The notes beneath the pieces were generated by a model. That model was not told the origin of the DNA, made no database searches, and worked only from the letters and a program-made list of their open reading frames with translations. From a virus (taxonomy: Duplodnaviria; Caudoviricetes): 64,000 nt of DNA. The stretch covers positions 1-64,000 of IMG/VR virus record IMGVR_UViG_3300020050_007362; one strand, given 5' to 3'. A program made the position numbers and the translations under genes. Positions 1 through 11,210 of this stretch are shown one piece after another (the stretch's first letter is position 1; each line of letters opens with the position of its first letter).

Positions 1-127
1 AATCTTGTATAACTCCTGGGTCTACTTTCATACCTATCATAGCAAGTACTCCAGTTATAGAAGCCATAGTAGATGGTTGAGCTAAGTTTTGTTTGAGCCA
101 TAAGAAAGCGCCAAGTGCTTTATCCAT
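1..127 (-). CDS. Partial small membrane protein, holin-like (runs off the window edge)
   Basis: Manual translation from ATG at 127: MDKALGAFLWLKQNLAQPSTMASITGVLAMIGMKVDPGVIQD...; the W-L-x4-PST-x-A hydrophobic pattern is typical of small phage holin-like proteins; start overlaps the upstream TAA. Confidence 0.45.
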   Translation of the reverse strand, partial: MDKALGAFLWLKQNLAQPSTMASITGVLAMIGMKVDPGVIQD

Positions 128-333
128 TATATTACCTCTGATACAGGCTCAGGCACAACAACATTGCTGTTATAGGCATCTCTTGCCGCAGTTAAACCGT
201 CTTCAGGTGTTGCTTGGCTATATTGATTCATGTAACTCTTACAAGCCATGTTCATCACGAAGTCAACATATTGCTCGTTGGTTAATTGACCTTCCGATAC
301 TACATAGTTTTCCAATAAATTAATTTGATACAT
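127..333 (-). CDS. Hypothetical protein (68 aa)
   Basis: ORF tightly packed in the minus-strand operon. Confidence 0.6.
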   Translation of the reverse strand: MYQINLLENYVVSEGQLTNEQYVDFVMNMACKSYMNQYSQATPEDGLTAARDAYNSNVVVPEPVSEVI

Positions 334-343
334 TTTGTTTTCC

Positions 344-610
344 TTATATTTCAGTTGGTAGTATTTGTTGTAGTCCCATTTCAGTTAAAGCACCCATCCA
401 ATCTTCTGAGCGTATCCACTTTTCAAAAGGAGCATTGACCAGTGCATCCACTTCAGCATTATTAAAAGGTCCACTCATAAAGTAATGGGTTACTGGAACT
501 AAACCATCGGATGAAGCTTCGGCATTGAAGTATGTATCAGCCGTTAGTTGTTGTGCTGTTAATCTATCTACCGAGTTAACGATGATTGTGCAGTTGGTAT
601 AGTTCGCCAT
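344..610 (-). CDS. Hypothetical protein associated with the fibre gene (88 aa)
   Basis: ORF start overlaps the stop of the upstream fibre gene at 610. Confidence 0.7.
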   Translation of the reverse strand: MANYTNCTIIVNSVDRLTAQQLTADTYFNAEASSDGLVPVTHYFMSGPFNNAEVDALVNAPFEKWIRSEDWMGALTEMGLQQILPTEI

Positions 611-2904
611 TAGAATGTTATTCCTGTTTTAGTTGCTATGTAGTTTTCAGCATCGAGCAGAATCGGTGTACTTGTCGTTTCACCTCTGACGATTGCACCG
701 TAGAATTGACCGTTATACCATAATGATGAATTAGCTCGTGAAAACAAATGGAGCGGATAATTGCCATAAGTGCCACTACCTTGAGATGTTGTATTTATTG
801 CTATTGAATTACCATTAAGTCTAAATTCCGCGTATGGTGTTGACGTTTTACCTATAAGGGTATTAACTCCCGATATTGGGCTTGGAAATGCTGCAACAGT
901 TGTTAGAGTAGCTTGAGTCTGACCGCCTTTTATCTGACCAGTCCAATAAGCGCCAACAATAGTACTAAAACCTGCGTAACCAGGTGCTAAAAGAAATGTT
1001 CCATTGTTGATATTCATATCCACACTAAATTCTAACGCTATCTGAATAGTGGCATCACTCAACTTCCTAAGCCCAGACACCACCGTTATCTTATCGGTTG
1101 TGGTGAAGTTAATAGAACTTGTGGACATAGCACTACTTGTACCATTACACTTCAAATACAATGGAAACCCTACTGTGTTATAGTCAGTGGCTGCATTGAC
1201 TCGTTGGTAAGGAGGTAAGAGAGAACCAGCGTTTGTTGGACGTAGGTCTGGATGCCAAATTTGTATTGATGCACCAATTCCAGAGTTTGTGTAAACACCA
1301 TCACTTGAAGGAATTTGGATAATACGGTATGCTATGCTGTTATAATTTCCATAAACTATACACTCATACCATCCATTACCAAGACTTGTCATACTACTTG
1401 ATGTTACTGCACCTGAAACAGATCCTTTAACTCCTGTAGAAAGATTGAAATACCCAAAATCAGCACCATATTGATTTGAACCTAATGCTAACCAACTAGA
1501 GCTGTTGGCTTTAGCAACGCAACGTAAAGTAGAGGGTGTAGTAATAGTTCCTGGATAGTAGTGAAGATAAGATTGCACGTTATTAGATGTTGTTGTTATT
1601 ACTTCGGCAGTTAATGTTCCATCAGGGGCTAGAACTTTAGTTGCGGATACGCTTAAATTGGATTTACTCCAAACAGCATTACTGAAATCCTCCGTGTAAG
1701 TCAGCAAATTAACTCTAGCACTTAGAGTAGGTCTATTACCATCTGCGGGTGCTTTGGCGTGATTACCTGCGATTTCTTTTACTGAGATGTTGTCAACAGA
1801 GATATTATTTCCTCGAATTACTAATGAGGCTGATGTTGTAGTAGCAGTATAATATGAATTTGTAATTCCATTGGGTGCTGAGTATGCGGGAGTTATTCCA
1901 AAAATCTCAATTCTATACGTTGCGCCAGTCCCAGATGAAACATTTGTTGTAAATTTATATATTTTTCCAACTACAAATCCTGAAATTGTTTGACTAATAT
2001 TTGCATTCGTGTCAGAAGGTTTTGTTGCAACCCCGCCACTAATTGTCCAAGTTCCACCTTTTGTCCAATCAGTATCCGTATCAAACCCCCCATTAATTAC
2101 CAGTTCTGATCCAAGCACCAAACCTTTACTCTTATCTAACATCAATCCAACTGGTTGTTCAACTCCATAAACCGGAATAGTACCTGTTGAATCTTGATAA
2201 AGTACGGGTAATGGTTGTGAACGCAGATAGTCAGAACTTAAACCATCCGTGATTTTTTGATAGGTGGTTAAAGAACCTTTTTCTAACTGTGCTCCCCAAA
2301 TAAATATTCCTTTCGTAGGGTCACCGATATAACTATTACTTCCTATATCATTTCTTAAAATTACCGCAATAAGATAATTTCCGGCTAATTCAGATATTTT
2401 TGAACCTATAATACGATACCATCCATTACCTTCGTTTGTGATTGAAGCACTCCATCCAACGGAACCTGTTGCTATTCCAGTTCCTAAATTAAATTCAACA
2501 CTCCCTGCACTCCAACCATTAGAATTTCCAGCAATATATCCTAATGTTCGACCATTTGATTTTATATAAAATGAAAATGTATATAACGTAGTTGCAGATA
2601 TTGTTGGAGTAAAAGAAAGAATATAATTAGTTGCGCTTCCAGTGTTTGATTCAAATACCCCTTCTGCAGTTAATGTCCCATCAGGGGCAGTTGTTGCATT
2701 TGGAGTAATGCTTATAGCAGGTTTACTCCAAGCAGCATTATTGAAATCTTCAGAATAAGTCAGTAAGTTTCTACGCCAATTTGGAATAAAGTCACTGGGG
2801 TCATACCATACGCCTTGTTCACCTGACGCAAATAAAGAAGTTGGTGTGAATGGAGTTGTGGTTGCCCCATAGGTTTGCCCCATTCTAAAACTTGGTAATG
2901 GCAT
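610..2904 (-). CDS. Virion fibre/spike protein with two carbohydrate-binding-like repeats and a C-terminal LamG/ConA-like domain
   Basis: Two diverged repeats (RRNLLTYSEDFNNAAWSK...APDGTLTAE and RVNLLTYTEDFSNAVWSK...APDGTLTAE); N-terminal LFASGEQGVWYDPSDF motif; beta-rich C-terminus. Confidence 0.7.
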   Translation of the reverse strand: MPLPSFRMGQTYGATTTPFTPTSLFASGEQGVWYDPSDFIPNWRRNLLTYSEDFNNAAWSKPAISITPNATTAPDGTLTAEGVFESNTGSATNYILSFTPTISATTLYTFSFYIKSNGRTLGYIAGNSNGWSAGSVEFNLGTGIATGSVGWSASITNEGNGWYRIIGSKISELAGNYLIAVILRNDIGSNSYIGDPTKGIFIWGAQLEKGSLTTYQKITDGLSSDYLRSQPLPVLYQDSTGTIPVYGVEQPVGLMLDKSKGLVLGSELVINGGFDTDTDWTKGGTWTISGGVATKPSDTNANISQTISGFVVGKIYKFTTNVSSGTGATYRIEIFGITPAYSAPNGITNSYYTATTTSASLVIRGNNISVDNISVKEIAGNHAKAPADGNRPTLSARVNLLTYTEDFSNAVWSKSNLSVSATKVLAPDGTLTAEVITTTSNNVQSYLHYYPGTITTPSTLRCVAKANSSSWLALGSNQYGADFGYFNLSTGVKGSVSGAVTSSSMTSLGNGWYECIVYGNYNSIAYRIIQIPSSDGVYTNSGIGASIQIWHPDLRPTNAGSLLPPYQRVNAATDYNTVGFPLYLKCNGTSSAMSTSSINFTTTDKITVVSGLRKLSDATIQIALEFSVDMNINNGTFLLAPGYAGFSTIVGAYWTGQIKGGQTQATLTTVAAFPSPISGVNTLIGKTSTPYAEFRLNGNSIAINTTSQGSGTYGNYPLHLFSRANSSLWYNGQFYGAIVRGETTSTPILLDAENYIATKTGITF

Positions 2905-3332
2905 TACACATGCCCCTTACTCAAACTTGCGATATAAACAGACCCCGTATACATAACAGTAATTACATCAAGTGCATTAACAGTGGTTGACAATGCTTTA
3001 CTACCTCCAGCAAATAACATGGTGGAAGATAAAGTAACATTACCTGAACTTGGTTGTGTTACCAATAAAGTCAATGACTGTCCAGCTATCGGATTTGCAA
3101 ACGCATTTAACGTAATTGCGCCTGTTAATGTGATCGCTTGAATACTTCCGAAAGCAACATCGGGTGTGATTGTTCCTGTGGTTGCTCCTCCCGTATAAAC
3201 GCCTTCAGCATAATAGTTTGTGACGGATGTTCCGGCAACCCAAACTAGAGTGGTTGAGTTGTAAGTATAAGTACGACCCAGTGCATAGAATACTTGTCCA
3301 TTTGTCGGTGAGCTGGGAAAATTAATTGCCAT
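2904..3332 (-). CDS. Small tail-fibre-associated structural protein
   Basis: MAINFPSSPTNGQVF start typical of phage fibre modules; Thr/Ser-rich beta composition. Confidence 0.6.
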   Translation of the reverse strand: MAINFPSSPTNGQVFYALGRTYTYNSTTLVWVAGTSVTNYYAEGVYTGGATTGTITPDVAFGSIQAITLTGAITLNAFANPIAGQSLTLLVTQPSSGNVTLSSTMLFAGGSKALSTTVNALDVITVMYTGSVYIASLSKGHV

Positions 3333-3352
3333 TTGAATCTCCTATCGTTTTA

Positions 3353-6295
3353 TTAAGCATAACCAACCTCCACAAGAGAAACTTTAGCGACCCATCTTAC
3401 GTTCATCGCTGAACCCGTAACTTCCAGTTTCATTGCCCCATTAGTTGTATCTGCCGATAAGGTAACTCCCCAATCAGCCGCACCTGATGATTTCATATCA
3501 GTGCCAACTATGTCTGGTCCAGCCGCTATTGAGGTACTTCCCGCAGTTGTACCTTTTTGAATGAGTAACCTACGTTTAAAGTACCCATTCTCAGTGCCGG
3601 ACGTTGAACGAGCAACAATGTCGATGTCCGCTGCCCATGTTGTTGAGTTGGGAATGGTTGCGCGTTCGTTAGATACAGCACCTAGAAATAATTCAGATAT
3701 AGTATTATTAGTTGTAATTCCAACAAACCCTAAAAATGATGCTTGAGATTCTCCCAATGGTTGACCATTTCTTGAATCAAAACCAAAAGCAACTTGAAAC
3801 TTCTTGTCAGTAAAGGCACTTTTCCCAATTACAGTAGAATAGTACCCAGCCGCATCGCCACCATATCCAAAAGCGGTAGAACATACACCTCTTGATTTTA
3901 AGCTCATGCCTAAAGCAACTGCTAATGTACTGCTTGATATATTACCTTGTCCAATAGCAACCGAGCTAGTTCCACTGGCAGTATTCCATACCCCCATAGC
4001 TATAGAACCACCACCTCCGCTGGCTACTTGAGTAGCATTTTGTCTTGGATAGGTTTGTAAATCAAGATCATACGCTCCCCTAGCATTACCACCCGCAGTT
4101 GTTCCATCAGGTACTTGAGCAGTGATAGCGCCTGTACCTTTAGGACTTAGAGCGATACCGATATTATCAGCACCAGTGCCACCACTTTCCGCAGCTATAA
4201 CAGCATAAGGAATGCTTGAATAACGAGTACCTGTTATGGTAGTTGAAGTTAAGTTAAGTGCAGTATTGGTTATGTAAGTACCTGTTCCACCTGTACCGCC
4301 AACTCCGCTAATGGTAGTTGAAGCAACTGTTTGAGAAGCACTAACCACCCAACTTGTACCTGAAATATTAGAAACAATAATAGTTCCAGCCGTTACACCT
4401 GTTCCAGATATGATTTGCCCAATAGCAATAGCACCTTCGGTAACTGTGCCTGACGTTAAAGTTGTTCCTGAGATACTACCTGTAAATGTAGAACTAGGAA
4501 CAAAACCAATAATAGTTCCAGATACGCCTGTGCCAGTAAGACCCATACCAGTTGTAATTACACCTGAAGTGATAGCGGTAACATTAACAATAGTACCTGA
4601 AGCACCAGCACCATTAGATATAGTACCTGTAAAGACTGCGGTTGTAGGTCTATTAAACCCAATAGACGCACGTTCAAAGTTAGAAGCATCCGTGTAGGTA
4701 TTGTAGATTCTGGATGTTTGAGAGTTAGTTCCGTTTCTGAGCGCTAGCTTACCGTCTACTATTCCAGAAGCCCCATCTCGATATAGTCGCACATCATTGT
4801 TTGTTCTATCGCAATTATTTGCACTAAAACTAAAACCAAAATAAGATTGAGCGTTCATAACACACAATGGTGTATTATAAAAATCAACAAAAAATGCTTT
4901 ATTAGCATCAGCCGCTAATGCAAAAGTGTCACCATAAAATACATTTGTGTTCCCTCCATAAACAACACCACCGGTTATTGCACCATTTTTACTAACACTA
5001 AACTTACTAACCCCGCCCACTTGCAAGTCCATCAACTTAGCTGTACTGCCAGCACTTGCAGTAGGCGAGCCCGTCACATTAAGTTTAATCGCGGTCGGAT
5101 TAGCCGTAGTGCCCCAAGTTTGAGCTATATCCAATGCTGAACCTGCCAAACTTCCTGAATTAGCTAAACCAACTTCAGTAATGGTAACTTTAGCGGTACT
5201 ACTTGCAACCCCACCAAAACCTACAGGAGCAGTTCCACCATTAATAACTATAGTTCCATCAGTGCTTAATACCTTAGTTGTCGTATCATAAGTTAAGGGA
5301 GCAACAACAGAATCAATAGTCCCACCTGCTGTTGGTGTAGTCCACTGAGTATTATAATCAGTGCTATCTATCTTGGTAAGAACTTGTCCAGCAGTACCCC
5401 CTGTCTTAACCAAAGCACTGGTATTAACAGCATCCAATTTAGTTTTATCAGCCGCGCTCATACTACCTTCTGCTGAAGTAGTTGCCGCACCTATACTAAT
5501 AGTTGGTGTAGCTCCACCTGTAGAAGCAAGCGGTGTTGTAACTGAAATGGAATCAATAGCTCCACTTGTTATATAGGTATAGCTAGAACCACCCCAACGG
5601 TATGTTTTATTTGTATCTAAGGCAACATATATCTTACCGGACTCACCTGTAGTAGGAAAACTAGCAAGGTTGGCATACTCCAATACATCATCTACATAAG
5701 ATGGAAGGTAAGTTGAAGCAATTTTTGAGTCACTTCCAAGTGGAGCAATACCTGAAGCAGCACCAATAGCACTTGTGGCAACTCTAGCTGTGGAATCAAC
5801 CGCATTGATTACTATGTTTCCAGAACCATCAAAACTAACACCATTAATAGTTCTTGCGGTTGCCAATACAGTTGCTGACCCTGCATTACCCGTTATTGTG
5901 GTTTGATCGCCAGTATTACTACCCGAAAGTGTAGTAATCCCCAACTTAGTTTTAATCGTAGCCGTAGTTTCATCGCCAGTATTAATACCGGTATTGTTGG
6001 CGGCACTTGCCTTACCGCTTAAAGCTGTATCAACTTCAGTCTTGGTATAGGTTGTAATCTGCGGAGCAAGTAATGCTTCAGCGGCAATAGCTCTGGTTAT
6101 TTCATTATTTATTGCTGTGGTTATTGCAGTTGTATCGGTTGTTGAATAAGGTAAAGCATTCCATGCACTTATCCCATTACCTAATTTGAATTTATTTGTA
6201 TCTAATTCAATTCCGGGTTCACCTTCGGCTAGAATAGGATTAACGGAAATCCATTCTGCGGCAAAATCTCTACGAAGTTGTAACTTACTAGCCAT
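3353..6295 (-). CDS. Tail fibre with Mtd_N/hyaluronidase-type N-terminal anchor and YadA-like head repeats
   Basis: N-terminus [47 protein letters not shown]; C-terminal repeats [33 protein letters not shown]. Confidence 0.8.
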   Translation of the reverse strand: MASKLQLRRDFAAEWISVNPILAEGEPGIELDTNKFKLGNGISAWNALPYSTTDTTAITTAINNEITRAIAAEALLAPQITTYTKTEVDTALSGKASAANNTGINTGDETTATIKTKLGITTLSGSNTGDQTTITGNAGSATVLATARTINGVSFDGSGNIVINAVDSTARVATSAIGAASGIAPLGSDSKIASTYLPSYVDDVLEYANLASFPTTGESGKIYVALDTNKTYRWGGSSYTYITSGAIDSISVTTPLASTGGATPTISIGAATTSAEGSMSAADKTKLDAVNTSALVKTGGTAGQVLTKIDSTDYNTQWTTPTAGGTIDSVVAPLTYDTTTKVLSTDGTIVINGGTAPVGFGGVASSTAKVTITEVGLANSGSLAGSALDIAQTWGTTANPTAIKLNVTGSPTASAGSTAKLMDLQVGGVSKFSVSKNGAITGGVVYGGNTNVFYGDTFALAADANKAFFVDFYNTPLCVMNAQSYFGFSFSANNCDRTNNDVRLYRDGASGIVDGKLALRNGTNSQTSRIYNTYTDASNFERASIGFNRPTTAVFTGTISNGAGASGTIVNVTAITSGVITTGMGLTGTGVSGTIIGFVPSSTFTGSISGTTLTSGTVTEGAIAIGQIISGTGVTAGTIIVSNISGTSWVVSASQTVASTTISGVGGTGGTGTYITNTALNLTSTTITGTRYSSIPYAVIAAESGGTGADNIGIALSPKGTGAITAQVPDGTTAGGNARGAYDLDLQTYPRQNATQVASGGGGSIAMGVWNTASGTSSVAIGQGNISSSTLAVALGMSLKSRGVCSTAFGYGGDAAGYYSTVIGKSAFTDKKFQVAFGFDSRNGQPLGESQASFLGFVGITTNNTISELFLGAVSNERATIPNSTTWAADIDIVARSTSGTENGYFKRRLLIQKGTTAGSTSIAAGPDIVGTDMKSSGAADWGVTLSADTTNGAMKLEVTGSAMNVRWVAKVSLVEVGYA

Positions 6296-6322
6296 TTGTA
6301 TACCTCAAAATTATACTATTAC

Positions 6323-6640
6323 TCATACATTTACATTCCCAAAATCATAAGCAATTGTTGATGTGTAGATAGAAGAAGCTGAACCCCCATCAAGACTACT
6401 AACCGTATCTCCTTTATCTCCTTTAGGACCAGTTAGGCCTATATCACCTTTAAGTCCTTGAGAACCGGTATCACCTTTGATACCTTGAATACCTTGAATA
6501 CCTTGAGGACCTGTTCCAGGAGGGCCTTGTGTTGCTGAAACGACAACATTAGTAGCGATTTGGTTTACACTGCTTACTACTGTTATATCGTTAGTAGTTG
6601 ATGCTATTACCGTTACATCGCTAGTTGTCACAGCCTCCAT
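6323..6640 (-). CDS. Short collagen-like (Gly-X-Y) structural protein
   Basis: GPQGIQGIQGIKGDTGSQGLKGDIGLTGPKGDKGD run. Confidence 0.7.
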   Translation of the reverse strand: MEAVTTSDVTVIASTTNDITVVSSVNQIATNVVVSATQGPPGTGPQGIQGIQGIKGDTGSQGLKGDIGLTGPKGDKGDTVSSLDGGSASSIYTSTIAYDFGNVNV

Positions 6641-6641
6641 C

Positions 6642-6764
6642 TTATTCTTCCTGTAAGGTTTGTGTACTATACACTACATGTGTTTCTGTATCTTCCCAAG
6701 ATTCACATAACCAGAGTATACCTTCTTCATCTTTATAAAATACTTCACCTGTTTTAATTACCAT
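6642..6764 (-). CDS. Small hypothetical protein (40 aa), absent from the ORF track
   Basis: MVIKTGEVFYKDEEGILWLCESWEDTETHVVYSTQTLQEE; ATG overlaps the upstream TAA and the ORF fills the intergenic gap. Confidence 0.55.
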   Translation of the reverse strand: MVIKTGEVFYKDEEGILWLCESWEDTETHVVYSTQTLQEE

Positions 6765-9106
6765 TACTCTTGTCCTTTAATCATTACATAATTTAAAGTA
6801 ACGCCAGAACCTACTGTTTTAACTCTAACTCTAACAAACCTACCTAAAGTATTAGTGCTTTGAAATAATACTCCTGAAGAAGCTATAGTATTTATATCTG
6901 CGCCGATTTGAGTCCAGACTGAATTATCTGGTGAAATTTCTACTACAAGAACTGGAGCTGTAGTAGCTGCACCTATAGCAACTATAACATTTAGATTTGA
7001 ACAACCTTCAATGAAAAATGAAGATGTTACACTATTTAGAGTAGTAAGACTTATAACCCTATCAAAAAACTGTCTACGATAAGGTGAAATAGTATGGCTT
7101 TGTAACCTATTAATTGCACGAGTAAACGAAGGTGTTGTTCCTCCTACAGCTTGTACAATTAGAATCCTATTGCCAACGGAAGGTATTAAAGGTGATCTAT
7201 AAGAGCCTATTGCTGTAATACGAGGAAAATGGTATACGTCATAGTAGTTAGTACCTGTATCATCCGACTCTCTGATAATTACATCTAGTGTCGGTGAAGT
7301 CCCACTTGCTGCGGTAACTGCCACATTATATTGGTAAGATATTGAACCTGATATGGGCGTTATTGTTGGAGAAGTTGGTGTTGCGGTAATAGTTCCACTA
7401 GCTACATCGGCTACAATAGAATTTGTATTTAAGTTAGCTGTACTAACTGTACTAACTGTACTAACTGTACTAACTAAAGTTATAGCGCTGATATTTTGTG
7501 CAGTTGAATAATCTCCGGAAGGTTTACTAGCTATTTCAATCCTTTCTCTAGTGTAATCTGCTATACGTGCATAAGATAAACGTAAATCAGTTCTTTTAAT
7601 AACGGCACCACCGCAATCAGTAATAGCAAAGTCTACTATACCACCGCCGCCTTCAGTATCTCCAAAAGATATAGGTTCTAATACAAGGACTGTGGCGGTT
7701 ACATTATAAACCTTATATCTACCGTCTATTCCTAAATCAGCACCTGTTAAATTTACTCTAACACCGTATAGGTTAACATAATCACCTACTGTTAAACCTG
7801 TTACTGTTACAGCAGTTGTTAGATTAACAAGACCTGAAATAACAGAAGCAGTTTGAATTACTAACTGATTAAAACCTACTGGTAGAGTTGAACCATTAAT
7901 CTTAGTTACATAACCGCCGTAAGTTGTAATTGTACCGGTTGCAACTGCACCATACGCGACCGAAAAAGTCACACTATCTACAACGGTTACAGGCAGTAAG
8001 GTAGGGGTGTATGCAAAGTTTGTTATATCGCGTTGCCCTAGTAAGTTAACCCAATCGCCTGTAATTAATCCATGGGCTGTAGCTGTTACTACCGTTGCTA
8101 CATTAGTCCCTGGTTTAGTAGCGGAAACTACTATTGCACCTGGGATAGTTAAACTTTTTACATTGTTTAATCTAAAACGTAACTTATAGTCTACATTTGT
8201 ATTAGGTATTGCTTGTGTTCTAAAATGCCTATTGGTCTGAGCTGTTACAGCGTCTACGCCAGTATCTGAAAACTGAAGACGGTCGTCCTGAAAATTTAAT
8301 CTAAATTCAGTTGAAGGGTAAAAAGAATATCCTCCTATAACTAAACTTGTAGTCAATGAAGCAGTTGTACCGCTAGTAACCGCATGTGCAGTAGCTAGAG
8401 CACCAGAAGTAAATGTTGTACCACCATCTTTTCTTATATATATCGAAGAGTTGGTAACTGAAGTGTTATCGTAACTTTGGCATATACCATTATAGGCATG
8501 TTTCATAGCGGGTCTAACGTAAACTATTCCGGTTGCAAAAGGTCCAGAAGATACAGTAGCCGTTATTACTGAACTTGAACCACTTGTTACTGTAAAAGTC
8601 GTTGAGTTTATTATAGTGTGTACGTTAACAGACGGATAATTCAATCGAGTATCTTCAACTACCCCGTTAATACCTATACGATCTCCAGTAACTAAACCAT
8701 GGGGGACTGTAGTAACAACAGTAAGAGTTGTTGTAGCTTGTTGAATAGAAGCAATTGCTATTCCGTAGTTAGCTACAATAGGCGTTGAAGGGGTTTCTGT
8801 ACTAACTAATTCAAAATAGCCTTCTTGCCCTAATGTTCGTTGCGACATGTGTAAGCCTACCGCTATATCTAGTGGCGGCCTATAGGTACTAACAGTAGTA
8901 ATAGATGTCTCAGTATCAGGGCTAAAAGGGTCTTTAGAAATTACTAAATAGGAAGCCCCACCTATATTCCCGTCAAATAGTAGAAGATCATTAACACCTA
9001 ACACCGTATCCCAATTAGATATACTACTAGCAGTAAATGCTTCCCAAAAAGGAGTAGTTACATTCTTAGGTATAACTGTTAAATTATTATCTGATACCAA
9101 TCCCAT
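6764..9106 (-). CDS. Large beta-rich tail/structural protein (780 aa)
   Basis: Thr/Val/Ser-rich; repeated TVVTTVPHGLVTGD / TVVTATAHGLITGD motifs; located in the fibre cluster. Confidence 0.6.
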   Translation of the reverse strand: MGLVSDNNLTVIPKNVTTPFWEAFTASSISNWDTVLGVNDLLLFDGNIGGASYLVISKDPFSPDTETSITTVSTYRPPLDIAVGLHMSQRTLGQEGYFELVSTETPSTPIVANYGIAIASIQQATTTLTVVTTVPHGLVTGDRIGINGVVEDTRLNYPSVNVHTIINSTTFTVTSGSSSVITATVSSGPFATGIVYVRPAMKHAYNGICQSYDNTSVTNSSIYIRKDGGTTFTSGALATAHAVTSGTTASLTTSLVIGGYSFYPSTEFRLNFQDDRLQFSDTGVDAVTAQTNRHFRTQAIPNTNVDYKLRFRLNNVKSLTIPGAIVVSATKPGTNVATVVTATAHGLITGDWVNLLGQRDITNFAYTPTLLPVTVVDSVTFSVAYGAVATGTITTYGGYVTKINGSTLPVGFNQLVIQTASVISGLVNLTTAVTVTGLTVGDYVNLYGVRVNLTGADLGIDGRYKVYNVTATVLVLEPISFGDTEGGGGIVDFAITDCGGAVIKRTDLRLSYARIADYTRERIEIASKPSGDYSTAQNISAITLVSTVSTVSTVSTANLNTNSIVADVASGTITATPTSPTITPISGSISYQYNVAVTAASGTSPTLDVIIRESDDTGTNYYDVYHFPRITAIGSYRSPLIPSVGNRILIVQAVGGTTPSFTRAINRLQSHTISPYRRQFFDRVISLTTLNSVTSSFFIEGCSNLNVIVAIGAATTAPVLVVEISPDNSVWTQIGADINTIASSGVLFQSTNTLGRFVRVRVKTVGSGVTLNYVMIKGQE

Positions 9107-9432
9107 TACACTACCTCAATTACAGACATAACTACATCTAAAGAACCTGCTTCTGAACTAATAACTTTAAGTACATTATCTTGTGTTAATATCAACTTTC
9201 CATCACCAAGTAGACTAAGCGCATTACCTACTGGTATTTCAGAATCCTTAATCACATAGGTTGTAACAGCACCTATAGTTAATGTAACACTTGCTTTAAC
9301 TGGTTTTACACTTGTGTTTGCAACTGTCATTCCTATAACTGTACTTTGTATTCCTGTAGTTGTAGGGCTGTAAACAGCTGTAGCTGTAAGCCCAATATCT
9401 TTTGTAGCGTAGTTCTTAAATGCAGTTGCCAT
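9106..9432 (-). CDS. Small structural protein (108 aa)
   Basis: MATAFKN...STVIGMTVAN...GSLDVVMSVIE pattern resembles small virion proteins of T4-like cyanophage fibre clusters. Confidence 0.55.
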   Translation of the reverse strand: MATAFKNYATKDIGLTATAVYSPTTTGIQSTVIGMTVANTSVKPVKASVTLTIGAVTTYVIKDSEIPVGNALSLLGDGKLILTQDNVLKVISSEAGSLDVVMSVIEVV

Positions 9433-9433
9433 G

Positions 9434-9625
9434 CTATGCGCCTATAAATGCAGCAGCTAGAGTGTTAATACTAAATGCTTCAGCAGTTGACCAAGTACCA
9501 TCACCTCTTAAATAGGTACTAGAATCAGTTGTACCGCTACCTAAGTTATTAAGCGGAATAGTATCTGTAGAAGCTATTTCTTTAACTACTCCACTTTCCA
9601 ATACAATAGGTTTCTTGGTTGCCAT
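9434..9625 (-). CDS. Small fibre-associated protein (63 aa)
   Basis: LGSGTTDSSTYLRGDGTW motif common in phage fibres. Confidence 0.55.
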   Translation of the reverse strand: MATKKPIVLESGVVKEIASTDTIPLNNLGSGTTDSSTYLRGDGTWSTAEAFSINTLAAAFIGA

Positions 9626-9629
9626 AGCG

Positions 9630-10139
9630 TTATGCCAAGGTTACAGGGGTACCAGATTGAAAGTTCATGCTAGTTGCAGAAGTAGCAAAACCAACTGATT
9701 GAACTACATTACCCGCTGCTGAGGGAGCTGTAACTGTTGAACCACCTGCTGTAGTAGCTAAATACTGCTTACCCGGCGTTAGACCGGATACTTGGTTATT
9801 ATTACCTTCAAAGTAAATACTAGCTGTTCCGCCATTTAACACAGCAGCAAGAACAAAACCATGAGCTTCTTTACCAGCGGCAGTAGCATCAGCTTTTCTT
9901 GCAGTTGCAACACCGGCTGCATTATAGATATTAACTAAGTTACCAGCAGATAAAGCTTCACTTGTTACTACAGATGCTGTATCCGCAGCAATACCTGTTG
10001 GCATCATGTTAACTGCTAATTGACCATTACTATCTAAAGCAACAATCTTATTTGCATCGCTTGCACCTGAACTCGTTTGCACAGCGGCAACTTCAGTTAA
10101 AACGCCTGCGCTATTTGAAATGTATTTATTACCAGCCAT
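9630..10139 (-). CDS. Putative capsid decoration/cement-like protein
   Basis: Ala/Gly/Thr-rich; ARKADATAAGKEAHGFVL...GLTPGKQYLATTAGG...VQSVGFATSAT pattern. Confidence 0.5.
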   Translation of the reverse strand: MAGNKYISNSAGVLTEVAAVQTSSGASDANKIVALDSNGQLAVNMMPTGIAADTASVVTSEALSAGNLVNIYNAAGVATARKADATAAGKEAHGFVLAAVLNGGTASIYFEGNNNQVSGLTPGKQYLATTAGGSTVTAPSAAGNVVQSVGFATSATSMNFQSGTPVTLA

Positions 10140-10143
10140 GTTC

Positions 10144-10572
10144 TTATCCTATAACTATTGAGGGTTGTATATTAAGTAATATTGTTGTACTTGTTAAAGC
10201 AATACCTACTTGTTGGATAAAACCACTTGTAGGAAGCGTTGTATTAATAACACCGTTAGTTTGAAGATAGAGAATATCTCCAGCGGTTAGACCAGTAAAA
10301 CCAGTAATTTCTCCGGCGCTTTGAATATTTAACTGTTGTCCGATATCAACTGCTTGCACAGAGATACCTATAAGCCTGTTAACCTGTAATAGATTTGTAT
10401 TGTCGGCGTAGTATATCAAATTAGAAGATGAGCAAACACCTCTATGCCCACCTATAGTTTCACCAGCAATACCTACAGTAGCTATAATATTAGATACACC
10501 AGCTACCCCTTGTAATCCTTGTATTCCGGGGACACCTTGTGTAGCAGATATTATAATGGTTGAGGAACCCAC
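10144..10572 (-). CDS. Paralogue of the adjacent cement-like protein with a short collagen-like start
   Basis: GLTAGDILYLQTNGVI...IQQVGIALTSTTIL parallels the 9630-10139 protein. Confidence 0.5.
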   Translation of the reverse strand: MGSSTIIISATQGVPGIQGLQGVAGVSNIIATVGIAGETIGGHRGVCSSSNLIYYADNTNLLQVNRLIGISVQAVDIGQQLNIQSAGEITGFTGLTAGDILYLQTNGVINTTLPTSGFIQQVGIALTSTTILLNIQPSIVIG

Positions 10573-10985
10573 TATTTAGTAACCTCGTCTTTAAATACCA
10601 CTTTCCCTTCTATTAACCTTGTTGTTTCACCATTAGGAAAATAGATTTCTAAATCATATACGCCCCCAGTTCCAACCAGAGCAGTTGATATGTCGTCTGC
10701 CACATACAATGCTATTTTACCCGATGTCGATGTAATAACGATACCTTGGTTAACCGTACTTAATTCTAATAATACGACAGATGCTTCTGCGCTCTCTCGT
10801 ACTTGTAGTTTAGCGGTGCATCCATTTAAATTGATAGCGTTAGCAGTGCTATCGTTCCATGTTTGTTCTGTACCAACGTAGCCATTTGCAACAGCAGTTT
10901 CATAGGTACAATCTTTCCAATATAAGACATGTCTATATGTAGCGCCTTTTTCAATAATCGGTAACGTTAATTTAGCTGCTGACAT
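10572..10985 (-). CDS. Putative tail-fibre adaptor / Ig-like structural protein
   Basis: IEKGATYRHVLYW...INLNGCTAKLQVR...GVYDLEIYFPNGETTRLIEGKV pattern common at the head of fibre clusters. Confidence 0.55.
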   Translation of the reverse strand: MSAAKLTLPIIEKGATYRHVLYWKDCTYETAVANGYVGTEQTWNDSTANAINLNGCTAKLQVRESAEASVVLLELSTVNQGIVITSTSGKIALYVADDISTALVGTGGVYDLEIYFPNGETTRLIEGKVVFKDEVTK

Positions 10986-11210
10986 ATTGGCCTACTGTTT
11001 AATAAAATTATGAGGTGTAATATATAAATATACTGAGTATGTATGTACACACATACGTATTTTATGATTATATCATTTTTAAATAGCGTACACTAAAAGG
11101 CAGTATATATCAAACCTTTTGACTGGGTATTCTTGTATTTAAATCAAGTATTTAGGAGGAGGTTAAAAAAGGGCAAGATGTTTTTAATATTTGCCCTTTG
11201 TTTAAAGCGT

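Noticed and set aside
610-6295. Diversity-generating retroelement targeting the fibres (Mtd_N domain present)
   Set aside because: No reverse transcriptase in the window and no TR/VR pair differing at adenines was seen; Mtd_N is a generic anchor. The rest of the genome is unseen.
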